Virus record (IMG/VR): IMGVR_UViG_3300031772_000016
Coordinates: 1-64,000 of that record
Source: a virus
Length of the DNA stretch: 64,000 nucleotides
Direction: 5' to 3' (one strand)
Below the pieces are notes generated by a model, which was not told the DNA's origin, ran no database searches, and saw only the letters and a list, made by a program, of their open reading frames with translations. Positions 8,948-18,553 of this stretch are shown here, piece by piece (positions within the stretch are counted from its first letter, which is position 1; each line of letters opens with the position of its first letter). A program made the translations under genes and the position numbers.

Positions 8948-10594
8948 ATGGCCCTATTGAAATTTGGACACGCTGCTGTAGCTACACCCATGGTATGCCC
9001 CGGTAAATGGATAGACAAAAAGGTCGTCCCAGGACGTATCAAGTTGGCTAAAGATGTCATAGCTAAGTATGACCCATCTAAATGGTTGCTGTCGCACTGC
9101 TCGATCATGGCTTCTGTAGATGTAGATCAGGCTGACCCCAAAGACCCCAAGAGCGACTACCTGATCAAGCCTGAGTACTCCATTTTCGTGAACAATAACG
9201 GTGATAGCTGGGAGAGAGAACTCCTCAGGAAAGCGTCTAAGACTTTCCTGGGTGCTGATAATTTCTGCGAACACGTGCAGCTAGAAGCCTTGTCAAAAGG
9301 TAAAGTAATCGATGTAGCGTTGAGAGACGTACCTTTTACTAAAGACAAAGATGGCAAGGACCTCACGACTCTTTATGTAGACATTCTTATAGCTACCGAT
9401 AGGAAGCATAAAGATTTAGTTGATAAGATAGGGTCTGGTGAATACGCCGCTGTCAGCATGGGCTGTTCCATAATGTACAGTATATGCTCTCAGTGTGGAC
9501 GAAAGATAGAAGATGAGACTCAAGCGTGCAAGCATATACGCTATTTCAAGAATAACTCTTTTTATGATGAGAATGGTGTAAAGCGTGTAGTCGCAGAGAT
9601 ATGTGGACATAGGGACGACCCGGATAGCTGTAAGTTTATAGATGCCAGCTGGGTCCGTAAGCCTGCGTTTGAGGGTGCTGTCCTGAGGAACATCCTCAAC
9701 ATGGGAGATTCTGCATCACAGGATGTGAGCGAGAAGATCCAGAAAGCTATAGCGTTCCCATCGTTTGAGTATGCTCCTGGCATGTATCTGAAAGCAGCAT
9801 CTGAGGCTGCTCGCTCTGTGGTAAATGAGATACAGGCAGCAGGTGAAGAAGCTCCTCCTCCCGCCCCTCCCAAAGATGATATAGGATTCCCTGAGGCTCC
9901 AGCGGATGCTGAGAAGCCTTTAGAGGTGGATACGCCCCCGCCTGCAGAGGGTGCTCCCGCAGAAGCCCCGCCTACCGAGGCTCCTCCCGCAGAAGCTCCT
10001 GCTGAAGCTCCTCCCGCAGCCCCAGGATCGTTGGGAGATCAGATGGGAGTCCCCGGCGGTGCTCCTCCTGCACCAGAACCTCAGATAGCAGAGCCTAAGG
10101 GTGATGCTACTGTAGCTGAGGTGAAGGATATGGTAAAGAAACAACTCCTAAATCAGATACGCAGGGAGTTGTTGAAGGAGCAGGCTACGGAGCAGGGTGA
10201 CAGCGGTCGTCCTACTGAGATGGAGAATGCGTCAAACAGCTCTTTGGTGAAACAGGCTGGATTGAGCAAAGTGGTTCTGGCTTCGAAAAAGACAGGTAAC
10301 GATAGACTATACAACGGTCTCATGATCCTGTCTAGTTTGAAGAGTTGGAACCAATTCAAGAAATACGGATATAGTCGTGAGGATGTGTTAGGCCTGCTAC
10401 ATTACGTAGATAAGCATGCATCTAAAGATCCTGTAGGTGTGGACGCCGTGAAAGCGCTAGCTAAAGTAAAGATAGGGTCTGGAGGTCTCGTACCTTTATT
10501 CACTGAAATAATAGTAGAGACTGGTAGAAGACCTCGAAAAGTGGAAGCTAGCAAAATAGCGTCCTGGGCCAAAATCCTTCGATATTTCGAATGA
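8948..10594 (+). CDS. Prohead (capsid maturation) protease-like protein with Zn-binding motif and Pro/Ala/Glu-rich linker
   Basis: NNNGDSW, CEH, VSMGC, CSQCG/CKH and SWVRKPAF motifs; located between portal and scaffold/capsid. Confidence 0.7.
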   Translation: MALLKFGHAAVATPMVCPGKWIDKKVVPGRIKLAKDVIAKYDPSKWLLSHCSIMASVDVDQADPKDPKSDYLIKPEYSIFVNNNGDSWERELLRKASKTFLGADNFCEHVQLEALSKGKVIDVALRDVPFTKDKDGKDLTTLYVDILIATDRKHKDLVDKIGSGEYAAVSMGCSIMYSICSQCGRKIEDETQACKHIRYFKNNSFYDENGVKRVVAEICGHRDDPDSCKFIDASWVRKPAFEGAVLRNILNMGDSASQDVSEKIQKAIAFPSFEYAPGMYLKAASEAARSVVNEIQAAGEEAPPPAPPKDDIGFPEAPADAEKPLEVDTPPPAEGAPAEAPPTEAPPAEAPAEAPPAAPGSLGDQMGVPGGAPPAPEPQIAEPKGDATVAEVKDMVKKQLLNQIRRELLKEQATEQGDSGRPTEMENASNSSLVKQAGLSKVVLASKKTGNDRLYNGLMILSSLKSWNQFKKYGYSREDVLGLLHYVDKHASKDPVGVDAVKALAKVKIGSGGLVPLFTEIIVETGRRPRKVEASKIASWAKILRYFE

Positions 10595-10610
10595 TTTCGA
10601 CCTACTTTCA

Positions 10611-10626
10611 TAATAACCTATTAATA
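10611..10626 (+). promoter_or_regulatory. TAATA-N6-TAATA motif
   Basis: TAATAACCTATTAATA upstream of the scaffold-decoration-capsid genes. Confidence 0.7.
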
Positions 10627-10705
10627 TATAAAATTAGTGTGAAATAGAATATCGGTTAATTAGCGATTATATCCTAATTAATAATCTTTCACGAGGAGGA
10701 CCGAA

Positions 10706-11668
10706 ATGTCAAGAGAACGCCTTACGACACGGGTAGCAGGAGAGACAAAGGCAATCGATAATGATGTCTTTGCTCAGAACAATCCAGAGCATACCTCCAA
10801 TGATCCTAAGATCGGTGAGTATGCGATTAACTCGACATTTGGTGAAGATGTGAATACGGCCAATCCGGCAGCCGACGATCACAAGCGTGAAAGTACTGGT
10901 CACGCTCCTCTCATCGACAAGCACGCTGCTGCTGAAGCTGTGGCGTCCGCCAGAGTGCTCGAAGCGAAGGCAGTAAAGTGTATCATCGCTGCTCAGCGTA
11001 TCCTCCCGGGTGCTGCTGAGGAGATGATTGAGAAGCAGGCTGCGATTTTCATGCATCTGCCTGAGGAAGGTCTGAACGCTACTCTGTCGAACCAGGAATC
11101 CCTCGCAAAGATGATCTCCAAGCAGGCTTCTGAGACTTCTGAAGAGGCTAAAGCTGAGGGTGAAACTGTGAAGCAGGAAGAAGCTGAGAAGAAGTGCAAT
11201 AAGGAAGATGAGCAGAAGAAGGAAGCCGCTAAGAAGGTTATGGATGATAAGAAGAAGAAGCTTGAGGATCTGAAAAAGGAAGCAGCTGACCTCGAGACTG
11301 AGCTTACCGCTGGTAAGAAAGATGAGAAGGTAGTAGAAGAAGAGGACAAGACTGCTGCTGTAAAGAAAGATGAGAAGGTAGTAGAAGAAGAGGACAAGAC
11401 TGCTGCCGTTAAGAAAGATGAGAAGGTAGTAGAAGAAGAGGATAAGACAGCTGCCGTTAAGAAAGATGAGAAGGTAGAAGAAGAGAAGGAAGAGGTTGAG
11501 GCTTCTGACGGTACGCTCCTCGACCAGATCTTTGGTGAAGTGACTGCTTCCGAAAACAAGAAGGGCGCTGCAAAGCTCTCTGGTATGGTGAAGAAGCAGG
11601 CTTCTGAGCAGGTCAGTGATCTGCAGGGTCTGTGGGCGACAGATCCTGACGTGAGCAACATGTTCTAA
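10706..11668 (+). CDS. Scaffolding protein (putative)
   Basis: Strong RBS; E/K/A-rich coiled-coil; immediately upstream of the decoration and capsid genes. Confidence 0.7.
   Translation: MSRERLTTRVAGETKAIDNDVFAQNNPEHTSNDPKIGEYAINSTFGEDVNTANPAADDHKRESTGHAPLIDKHAAAEAVASARVLEAKAVKCIIAAQRILPGAAEEMIEKQAAIFMHLPEEGLNATLSNQESLAKMISKQASETSEEAKAEGETVKQEEAEKKCNKEDEQKKEAAKKVMDDKKKKLEDLKKEAADLETELTAGKKDEKVVEEEDKTAAVKKDEKVVEEEDKTAAVKKDEKVVEEEDKTAAVKKDEKVEEEKEEVEASDGTLLDQIFGEVTASENKKGAAKLSGMVKKQASEQVSDLQGLWATDPDVSNMF
11315..11476 (+). repeat. 48-bp tandem repeat, about 3.4 copies (KKDEKVVEEEDKTAAV)
   Basis: Near-identical units start at 11315, 11363, 11411, with a partial unit at 11459. Confidence 0.95.
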
Positions 11669-11674
11669 TTGGCT

Positions 11675-11702
11675 GGTGGAGAGAAATCTCCACCGTCTTT
11701 TT
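11675..11702 (+). terminator. Hairpin with T-tract after the scaffold gene
   Basis: GGTGGAGA-GAAA-TCTCCACC then GTCTTTTT. Confidence 0.65.
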
Positions 11703-11775
11703 CTAAATTGTTTTTTGGTCCAGTAACCCGCTCCATGGTGGAGATTGGGTAAGAAACATTCAAGGGAGGTTTAAC

Positions 11776-12321
11776 ATGATCGGTGAAGCAAGTGGTCTCG
11801 CTCCTGACAGAGGCCTAAACATCCTCTACCGCGTCTCGATGAACTCGTTGATGAATCTGACCGACACAGATCTGACCCAGAACAACTATTCGTCCGCTCA
11901 GCAGACGGCCAATACCCGTTTGAGCGCGAATACTCCGAAGGGTCTCCTGGCTGGTTCGATCGTCAAGGCAGGTTCGGTTGCAGGTACCGTGGTCGCCTGC
12001 GATGCTACCAGCAACCCGCTCGGCGTCGTGATCAACAATGCAGTGGGATATCCGTTCGAGAGTTCGTCTGGCGTAGCCAGCGGAAAGTGCCCGTACCTCC
12101 ATGGTTCTGGTACCGTGTTCTCGACAGATCTGTACGAGACGGCAGAAGTCGGCGGCGCAGCGCTTACCATCGCTTACGCAGCTGGTCTTCCTCTGTACAG
12201 CTCGGTCAACGGTCTGCTTACGACTGTTGCTGCTGGAACCGCTGTCTCAATTATCGTTGGTATCGTCCTAATCGCTCCGTCTGCTTCGGATCCGTTCATG
12301 GTAGTTCAGATGAGGATCTAA
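11776..12321 (+). CDS. Capsid decoration/cement protein (putative)
   Basis: 181-aa G/A/S/T-rich beta protein directly before the capsid gene; strong RBS GGAGG. Confidence 0.7.
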   Translation: MIGEASGLAPDRGLNILYRVSMNSLMNLTDTDLTQNNYSSAQQTANTRLSANTPKGLLAGSIVKAGSVAGTVVACDATSNPLGVVINNAVGYPFESSSGVASGKCPYLHGSGTVFSTDLYETAEVGGAALTIAYAAGLPLYSSVNGLLTTVAAGTAVSIIVGIVLIAPSASDPFMVVQMRI

Positions 12322-12394
12322 ATAATGCTTGTGGGCGCTCAGATTGGAAATTCATCCGCTGAGTGCTCTTAGCAAAACCAATAGGAGGTTCTGT

Positions 12395-14321
12395 ATGGAA
12401 GGTCAGATTAGCAATGAACTGAAACAGCAGATCATTGGTGAGTACATCAAGACTGCTGCTGGCAGGCAGAAGCTTGCCGCGTCCATTAACTAAGCTGGAT
12501 GGTGGACGTAAAATCCGGTAAATTGCTGGAAAATGCACTATAGGAGTTGATTGGCAATGAGTAGCTGGGCATCTAAATACATACAATGCGTTAAGTGCGG
12601 AACGGTGGACGTCCCGCATGAGGCTAAGGGTATGTGTACAAGGTGCTATGATAATTTACGGTATTGTAATGAAGTCAAAGCTGAAAGAAACTACACCTGT
12701 ACTAACTGTGGTAAGGTATTTTCTATTTCTCGTAGAGGAAAAAGGGCATATACTTTTTGTTCTCGATCTTGTAAGACCATTTTTCAAAGAGATGGTTTTA
12801 AAAGTAAAGAGGAAATTAGTGATGCTGTCCTTAACGTAATAAAATCAGAAAAAAGGTATCTTACCACAGAAGACGTTAGAAAGAAAGTAGGGGTTACTTC
12901 TCGAACATTGGGTAGATTTGGTATATCTATTGTTGCTCTTAATGAGCAACTTGGATACAAATCTAAAAAAGTTTTCGAGGATCGTGTAGCTGTAATACTT
13001 TCTAAGGTGTATCCTGATTTGGTACGGGAGAAAAAATTTCCTGGATGTTTATCTCCTCGTGGTTTTTCTCTACGCTTTGATTTTTACAGTGAGGCTCAAA
13101 AAATTCTGATTGAAGCTGATGGAATCCATCATTATTGTGGCCCCTATCATTCTGAAGAGATAGTTGTCAGAGATGGGATAAAAAATATGTGGGCTTCTGA
13201 TAATGGATTTCCTCTAATTAGAATACCGTATAAGAGATCTTTTTCAGATGATTATGTTTTAAGTTATCTCAACAAATGCCAATCTGATTCTATAGTGGAC
13301 AATCAGCAGCCTAGCCTTGAGGGAAACCTCTCGGAAGGTTCAACGACTGAGGAAAGTCTAAACTCTTCTGTAGAAGAGCATGACGGTAACTCCTACTGCA
13401 GTCTGGCGACGGACTGCGGCATGCCGGAAACCAACGAACTTGTTGGTTGTGATACAGTCTGAACTCGTGGGTAACTACGAGAGGTAAGTTGAAAGACTTA
13501 TCCGCTTCTGATAAGAAGTAGTAACAAATTGGATCCAGCCTCTACGCTCGCGTAGAGATTACACGTCCGTCGCACGTAAGGCGTTCCTCGTAGAGCAGCT
13601 GCCCGATGGCGCACTGCCCATCTACGATAAGGACCCCAACGTGACTGCGTTCGTGGTTGGCGAAGAGGGTGAGAACATCCTCGCGATCACCAAGCCCCGC
13701 CGTGTGATTTTCCCCCTGTTCGAGATCGCCTCGAACCCGGAGATCCCTCTCACACAGGTCAAAGAGCGTCGGTTCGACTTGATCGAGCGTGCTCAGGACC
13801 TTGCGAAGGCTCAGATCCAGGCTGCTGAGGATGCCCGTGCATTTGACGTCATGGACGCAGTTTCCCAGAATGGTTTCGACAACCTGGGTTCTGCTTACGT
13901 GAACGCTCAGGTGAACGCGATTGCTCCTCTCACTCCTCCGAACCTGATCGATGCGTTTGCTCGTATCGAGACACACGATCTGAGAGTGGCTAGAGTGTTC
14001 ATGAATGCCCTTGATTTTGCTGACCTCAGAAAATGGGGACGGGACGTTTTTGACATCGAGAGCCAGGCTCAGATTCTCAAGACTGGTTTGATGGGCTCCG
14101 TGTGGGGCGCTCAGATCATCGTCTCGAGAAAGGTCACTCCGGGCTATGCGTACGTTTGCGCAGAGCCTGAGTTCTTCGGCAGGATTCCGGTGAGGACCGA
14201 ACTAACAGTACTCTCAGCAGACGATCCCAAGGCAAGAAGGATCGGATTTAGCGTCTTTGAAAATCTCGGGATCGGTTGCCACAATCCGTTGGCGATCACC
14301 AGAGTTAAGATTGCTCGCTAA
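12395..14321 (+). CDS. Major capsid protein, spliced: join(12395..12486,13532..14321), 293 aa
   Basis: Exon 1 MEGQISNELKQQIIGEYIKTAAGRQKLAAS(AT) joins exon 2 (G)IQPLRSRRDY in frame, restoring AASMIQPLR. RBS AGGAGG; HK97-fold capsid-like C-terminus; strong terminator follows. Confidence 0.9.
12487..13531 (+). mobile_element. Group I intron (IA-like) in the major capsid gene
   Basis: P1: exon GUCCAU pairs with GUGGAC (U.G at splice site). P10: GCUGGAU pairs with 3' exon AUCCAGC. P AAUUGCUGGAAA (12521), Q AAUCAGCAG (13301), R UCAACGACUG (13340), S GAUACAGUC (13451), P8 AACCAAC/GUUGGUU, P9 with GUAA tetraloop, terminal G at 13531. Confidence 0.93.
12557..13462 (+). CDS. Intron-encoded endonuclease (Zn fingers + Vsr/DUF559-like domain)
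   Basis: CxxC clusters; LRFDFY...ILIEADGIHHY; RDGIKN...GFPLIRIPY. AT-rich; RBS AGGAG at 12542. Confidence 0.85.
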   Translation: MSSWASKYIQCVKCGTVDVPHEAKGMCTRCYDNLRYCNEVKAERNYTCTNCGKVFSISRRGKRAYTFCSRSCKTIFQRDGFKSKEEISDAVLNVIKSEKRYLTTEDVRKKVGVTSRTLGRFGISIVALNEQLGYKSKKVFEDRVAVILSKVYPDLVREKKFPGCLSPRGFSLRFDFYSEAQKILIEADGIHHYCGPYHSEEIVVRDGIKNMWASDNGFPLIRIPYKRSFSDDYVLSYLNKCQSDSIVDNQQPSLEGNLSEGSTTEESLNSSVEEHDGNSYCSLATDCGMPETNELVGCDTV

Positions 14322-14343
14322 GTTTTAGCTAAGTCGTTGGTCT

Positions 14344-14374
14344 AAAGGCCGCCTATGAATAGGCGGCCTTTTTT
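14344..14374 (+). terminator. Intrinsic terminator after the capsid gene
   Basis: AAAGGCCGCCTAT-GA-ATAGGCGGCCTTT plus T run. Confidence 0.9.
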
Positions 14375-14485
14375 ATGCTTGCACTGCGTATAAGTACCTA
14401 TCTATTTCTTGTTGATAGATTCCCATAAAATAGCCTGCCAACATGGGTAGCGATCTCTCATCAGCAAGGTTTTTTGCATTTTTAC

Positions 14486-14514
14486 TGGACTCTTGGAGGA
14501 AAGTATAGTATATT
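14486..14514 (+). promoter_or_regulatory. Sigma70-like promoter TGGACT-N17-TATATT
   Basis: 17-bp spacing; -10 element ends 7 nt before ATG 14522, so the mRNA may be leaderless. Confidence 0.6.
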
Positions 14515-14521
14515 ACGAGGT

Positions 14522-17134
14522 ATGAAAGAAACAATCGTGTCTTTAGATGAAGACAGCTTGAAAAAGTTGTACTGTGTATTTGGGCTAACTGCTAGGGAGA
14601 TAGGCAATCTTGTGGGTCTTACAGAGAGTGCTATCTTACTTAGGCTAAAAAAGGTTAACCTAACACCAGGCTGTCGAGCTGTAAGAGATACAGTAGTCGA
14701 GATAGAGTACACTGGACAAAGATTTGATGCTAAAAATCTTTTGACCAAAGAAGCTTTAAATGATCTCGTAAAAAAAGGCATGTCCGACAAAGAAATAGGC
14801 TCTTTGTTTAACATGACTGGAGAGGGTGTCGCTTATAGAAGGAAACAATGGAGTTTATCTTCTGCCAAAGACAACTATAATTCTAGACGTTTGTTGGAGG
14901 CTGCTAGTAAAGAGTCGATAGAGGCAGACTACTATAGCATGACCGTTGACGAGTTTTCCGAAAAATATGCTGTTAGTAAAATAGTTTGGATACCTTATAT
15001 AGACAGCCTAGGGATTGCCAGAAAAAAGGATAAGAGAATAAGTGAGTATCCTGTTCTGACTCCTGAGCAGACTCGTCTAATAATTGGTGGGATGCTGGGT
15101 GATGGAGGTATAACAAACGACGGCAGGTACTATGAGTTTCATGCTAAAAAACAAGAGAATTATCTGAGAAAAAAACACAGAATCCTGGCACCATATAGCA
15201 CGTCTATAACGCCACAGGATGATGGGTCTGGGTTCAGGTTTGACACTATATCTCACCCGGTATTTCATGAGTTTAGAAAACTTTTCTATAAAGAAGGGGT
15301 AAAAGGCAAGTTTATTCCAGTAGATTTTATTGTGAAAAATTGGAGTGATGATATTTTAGCCTATTGGTTTTTTGATGATGGCTATATCGATGATGTAACA
15401 GGCGATATCTGCATCTCCAATTTTTGTCCTGATTTTGATAATTTACGATCTTTGGCCTCTTTTTTAGATGGGAAATATCAGTGGGGGTTTCATTGCGGTA
15501 CGGCAGGGGATAGCATATACCGTGTCTCTGTTTCTAAAGGATATGCCCGTAATTTCGGTAATTTGTTGATAAAGTACGCTACACCCGACGTATACTATAA
15601 AGTGCCTGAAATTTCTTTAACTGTAGATCATGTGAGCGAGCTTACCCTTGAAGAATTCTCTGACATAAAGCCTAAATTTTACAGGCTGACAGATGATGTC
15701 CAAAAGATCTCTATAGAGAACATAGTGTTTGATTACTATAGAAAGAGAGGGTTTCCTTTTTCGACTCTATCTGTTGAACGACAAAATTACATTTTAAAAT
15801 CATTTATGGAGGGGTCAGTATCTTGTTGCAACAACACGATATCATACAGCACGTCAGGGATGCCTCTTTGTGAGAAGTTTTTTCCAAATATATACAAAGC
15901 AAGCAGAAAAGGATATAAGGCACCTTTGGATTTGTGGGATGATGATAATTTCCTTAAATCTTTGATTCGTAATAGGCTCAGATACGCAGACAGACTGACA
16001 ACCGCGGCTATGAGGACTGGCATAAAGCTGACAAAGGCATGTGTCTCCAATTTTAAGCCTACTATAGCTAAGTATGTGTACTCTAATTACTGTTCGAACG
16101 GTAGGGTTCTTGACTACGCTTGCGGTTTCGGGTCAAGGATGCTGGCAGCAATGTCATTAGGCTTGGAGTATGTTGGCTACGAACCTTCTGTGGACACCTA
16201 TGACAACCTTATGAAGTTTGGAGATTTTCTTAGCAGCAGAACCTCTGGTACTTTTAAGATCTTAAACGAGGGTAGTGAAACAGGAATATACAGGGAAGGT
16301 TATTTTAGTTTGGCGTTCTCATCCCCGCCTTATTTTGATTTTGAGTGCTATTCTAATGATCCAGGTCAAAGTGTGGTCAGATTCAGTACATTTGAAGCCT
16401 GGTTAGAGGGTTATTGGAAACAGACTATGATCAATTGCTATAGAGCATTGACACCTGATGGCTTTTTTGGTATGTGTTTCAGTACAAAGGTAGCTAAGGA
16501 GCAGATTGCTTATACTTTGTCTCAGGCTACCGACATTGGCTACTATTATTGTGGAGGGTATAAGGTACCTTTTAAGCAAGTTTTCTCGGGAAGCGACTCT
16601 TATGAGGTTATTTTGATTTTTTCGAAAGTTCCGCCAAAAGAAACCCCTATAGATATAAACAGATTTATTCAAGAGGTACCCTACAAAAAAGAAAGCCTGT
16701 TTAGTGAGGTAAAACGTAATAAAAGAGAATCTAATACCGAGGCTATAAACGAGGCTGTAGTAAAATTCAAGGAGTTGTCCGCTGTTGTGGGTACATCACG
16801 GGACACCTACGATGACCCGAAGCTACTAGGTGTCCCAGCACATGTTTTAGAGCACCATTATGGTGGCTGGAACAGTTTCGTAATAGCTTGTGGAGTAGAG
16901 CCGGGGTACGTCGCAAAGAACCCCGTGGAGCATGTTAAAGAGTATCTGTTGGAGTGTTTGTCGTGTGGGGAGACTCTGTCTTTTTATGAGTATGAGAAGA
17001 GGACGAAGATACCTGCTACGAGGCTCAAGAGAATTTTCAATGCGGGTAGACCGTACGCACATTTGAAAGAGCGACTTTTTTATGTAGCTCTTGACGTGTC
17101 TCTGCATGAAGAGTTTTTGAAGAATTTCGAATAG
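14522..17134 (+). CDS. HTH repeats + LAGLIDADG endonuclease + amino-DNA methyltransferase fusion (paralog 1)
   Basis: LIIGGMLGDGGI and ILAYWFFDDG (two LAGLIDADG helices); VLDYACGFGSR (SAM binding); FSSPPYF (catalytic). Start set at MKETIV. Confidence 0.85.
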   Translation: MKETIVSLDEDSLKKLYCVFGLTAREIGNLVGLTESAILLRLKKVNLTPGCRAVRDTVVEIEYTGQRFDAKNLLTKEALNDLVKKGMSDKEIGSLFNMTGEGVAYRRKQWSLSSAKDNYNSRRLLEAASKESIEADYYSMTVDEFSEKYAVSKIVWIPYIDSLGIARKKDKRISEYPVLTPEQTRLIIGGMLGDGGITNDGRYYEFHAKKQENYLRKKHRILAPYSTSITPQDDGSGFRFDTISHPVFHEFRKLFYKEGVKGKFIPVDFIVKNWSDDILAYWFFDDGYIDDVTGDICISNFCPDFDNLRSLASFLDGKYQWGFHCGTAGDSIYRVSVSKGYARNFGNLLIKYATPDVYYKVPEISLTVDHVSELTLEEFSDIKPKFYRLTDDVQKISIENIVFDYYRKRGFPFSTLSVERQNYILKSFMEGSVSCCNNTISYSTSGMPLCEKFFPNIYKASRKGYKAPLDLWDDDNFLKSLIRNRLRYADRLTTAAMRTGIKLTKACVSNFKPTIAKYVYSNYCSNGRVLDYACGFGSRMLAAMSLGLEYVGYEPSVDTYDNLMKFGDFLSSRTSGTFKILNEGSETGIYREGYFSLAFSSPPYFDFECYSNDPGQSVVRFSTFEAWLEGYWKQTMINCYRALTPDGFFGMCFSTKVAKEQIAYTLSQATDIGYYYCGGYKVPFKQVFSGSDSYEVILIFSKVPPKETPIDINRFIQEVPYKKESLFSEVKRNKRESNTEAINEAVVKFKELSAVVGTSRDTYDDPKLLGVPAHVLEHHYGGWNSFVIACGVEPGYVAKNPVEHVKEYLLECLSCGETLSFYEYEKRTKIPATRLKRIFNAGRPYAHLKERLFYVALDVSLHEEFLKNFE

Positions 17135-17144
17135 GGTTTCTCAC

Positions 17145-17270
17145 ATGAACTATGAAAATATTGTTTTACAAAAGCAGAATGTAAAAGCTCTTGAGTTCTA
17201 CAAAAGACAAGGCTATGTTGAGCAGGGTGAGAAAAACGACTGCGTAATTTTCAGTAAAAGGATTGTCTGA
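17145..17270 (+). pseudogene. 41-aa remnant resembling the C-terminus of a GNAT acetyltransferase
   Basis: Translates as MNYENIVLQKQNVKALEFYKRQGYVEQGEKNDCVIFSKRIV; contains N-x2-A-x2-FY-x3-GY; stop overlaps the next start. Confidence 0.55.
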
Positions 17271-17989
17271 TGATTTCTTTATCTACCTGGAATATGGACT
17301 ATTGGAAGCACAGGACAAAGTTTCGAGAGTCCTGCGCATATTATTTAGAGGATATCGACTCTGACATCAAAATATTTCAAGAGGCACTACCTGATACCAC
17401 TGTTTTCAAGAAGGAGAGTTTAGTGTGGCACGCTATAGGAGATAAAAGAACATGGGGATCTGGGATATACTGTGAAAAGTATCCTATACGAGAGTACCCT
17501 TTCAAAACGGATCTTTACGGCTCTGTCACTGCTGCAGAGATCAGTATAAAGCCTGATTTTAGTTTGGTTGTTGTGTCCCTCTATGGGATTTTAGAGTGTA
17601 TAAATGGGTCGTTTTACTCGATCTCTAATCTACATAGAATTTTTTCAGATTTGACAGGGACTATAGAAGGCGGCAAAACAAAAAAGAGAGTTGTTATCGC
17701 TGGAGATTTTAATGCCAGCCTGCAGTTTGATGAGAGGCAGCCTGTGAAGTCACACCAGGTGTTCTTCGATCGGTTGAGAGCTTGGGGACTGCACAACTGT
17801 TTTGATGGGCACTACTCTAATTTCATTCAAACCTATAGAAACAAAAGGAGTAGCGTGCCGTGGCAGAGTGATTACATTTTTGTAAGTGGCTTTTTGGTAC
17901 CTTTTTTGAAATCTTGTGTCGTGATAGAAAACGAGAAAGTTATGCGTATGTCTGATCACAACATAGTCCACATTGAAATAGACATCTAA
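17270..17989 (+). CDS. Endonuclease/exonuclease/phosphatase (EEP) family protein
   Basis: TWNM, FQE, AGDFN, DYIF and SDH catalytic motifs. Confidence 0.9.
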   Translation: MISLSTWNMDYWKHRTKFRESCAYYLEDIDSDIKIFQEALPDTTVFKKESLVWHAIGDKRTWGSGIYCEKYPIREYPFKTDLYGSVTAAEISIKPDFSLVVVSLYGILECINGSFYSISNLHRIFSDLTGTIEGGKTKKRVVIAGDFNASLQFDERQPVKSHQVFFDRLRAWGLHNCFDGHYSNFIQTYRNKRSSVPWQSDYIFVSGFLVPFLKSCVVIENEKVMRMSDHNIVHIEIDI

Positions 17990-18002
17990 AAGGAGACTCA
18001 TT

Positions 18003-18296
18003 ATGACTCGCCCCAAGAAAGCCTGCGTAGAGATTCATCTCGGGTATTTTAAGCAAGGAGATGACCTTGCACACTGCCTTAAAGAAACTAAAACACCTAA
18101 GGCTGCTTTTAAGATGCACGCAGAAATTATGCGATCTGTAGCTGAGCATCTCGACAAAGTGGCTGCTTTGGTAGCAAAACATAAGGTAGAGGTGCAGGCA
18201 GACACGCATATGATTCAAATTTGTTGTGACAAGAAAATGGCCAGCACTCTTATTAAGGCAGAGCTGGCTGATAAAGATCCTATGGAAGACGAGTAG
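18003..18296 (+). CDS. Hypothetical protein
   Basis: RBS AAGGAG; 97-aa ORF. Confidence 0.7.
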   Translation: MTRPKKACVEIHLGYFKQGDDLAHCLKETKTPKAAFKMHAEIMRSVAEHLDKVAALVAKHKVEVQADTHMIQICCDKKMASTLIKAELADKDPMEDE

Positions 18297-18307
18297 CCCG
18301 CCCCCGC

Positions 18308-18323
18308 TAATACTCTCCTAATA
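18308..18323 (+). promoter_or_regulatory. TAATA-N6-TAATA motif
   Basis: TAATACTCTCCTAATA. Confidence 0.65.
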
Positions 18324-18367
18324 AAATCTCCGATAGATATAACTATATATCTACTGGAGATCCTCTC

Positions 18368-18553
18368 TTGAAGAAGTCCCTCGTCAGTCTCACTACTCGC
18401 CAGGACACGATTCTTCGGTCATTATCTAAGGATCTGGAGATCTCATTGTCTGAATTGGTCCGTAGGGCTGTGGACAGGTATATAGATGACCTTGTGAAAA
18501 GCGGGGCTATAGAGAAGCGGCCTTCTGGTAGTGTTGGTTTGTTGAAGCTATAA
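18368..18553 (+). CDS. Ribbon-helix-helix (CopG-like) DNA-binding protein
   Basis: KSLVSL strand then ISLSELVRRAVDRYI; RBS GGAG. Confidence 0.75.
   Translation: MKKSLVSLTTRQDTILRSLSKDLEISLSELVRRAVDRYIDDLVKSGAIEKRPSGSVGLLKL

Noticed and set aside
11315-11476. Direct repeats as a CRISPR array
   Set aside because: Contiguous in-frame 48-bp coding repeats with no unique spacers and no cas genes.
13641-14321. 226-aa ORF as the complete capsid protein
   Set aside because: It is part of exon 2; the frame extends back to 13532 and joins exon 1 across the intron.
14522-17134. LAGLIDADG domains of the MTase fusions as inteins
   Set aside because: No N-terminal Cys/Ser block, no TxxH block B and no HN-C/S/T junction in either paralog.
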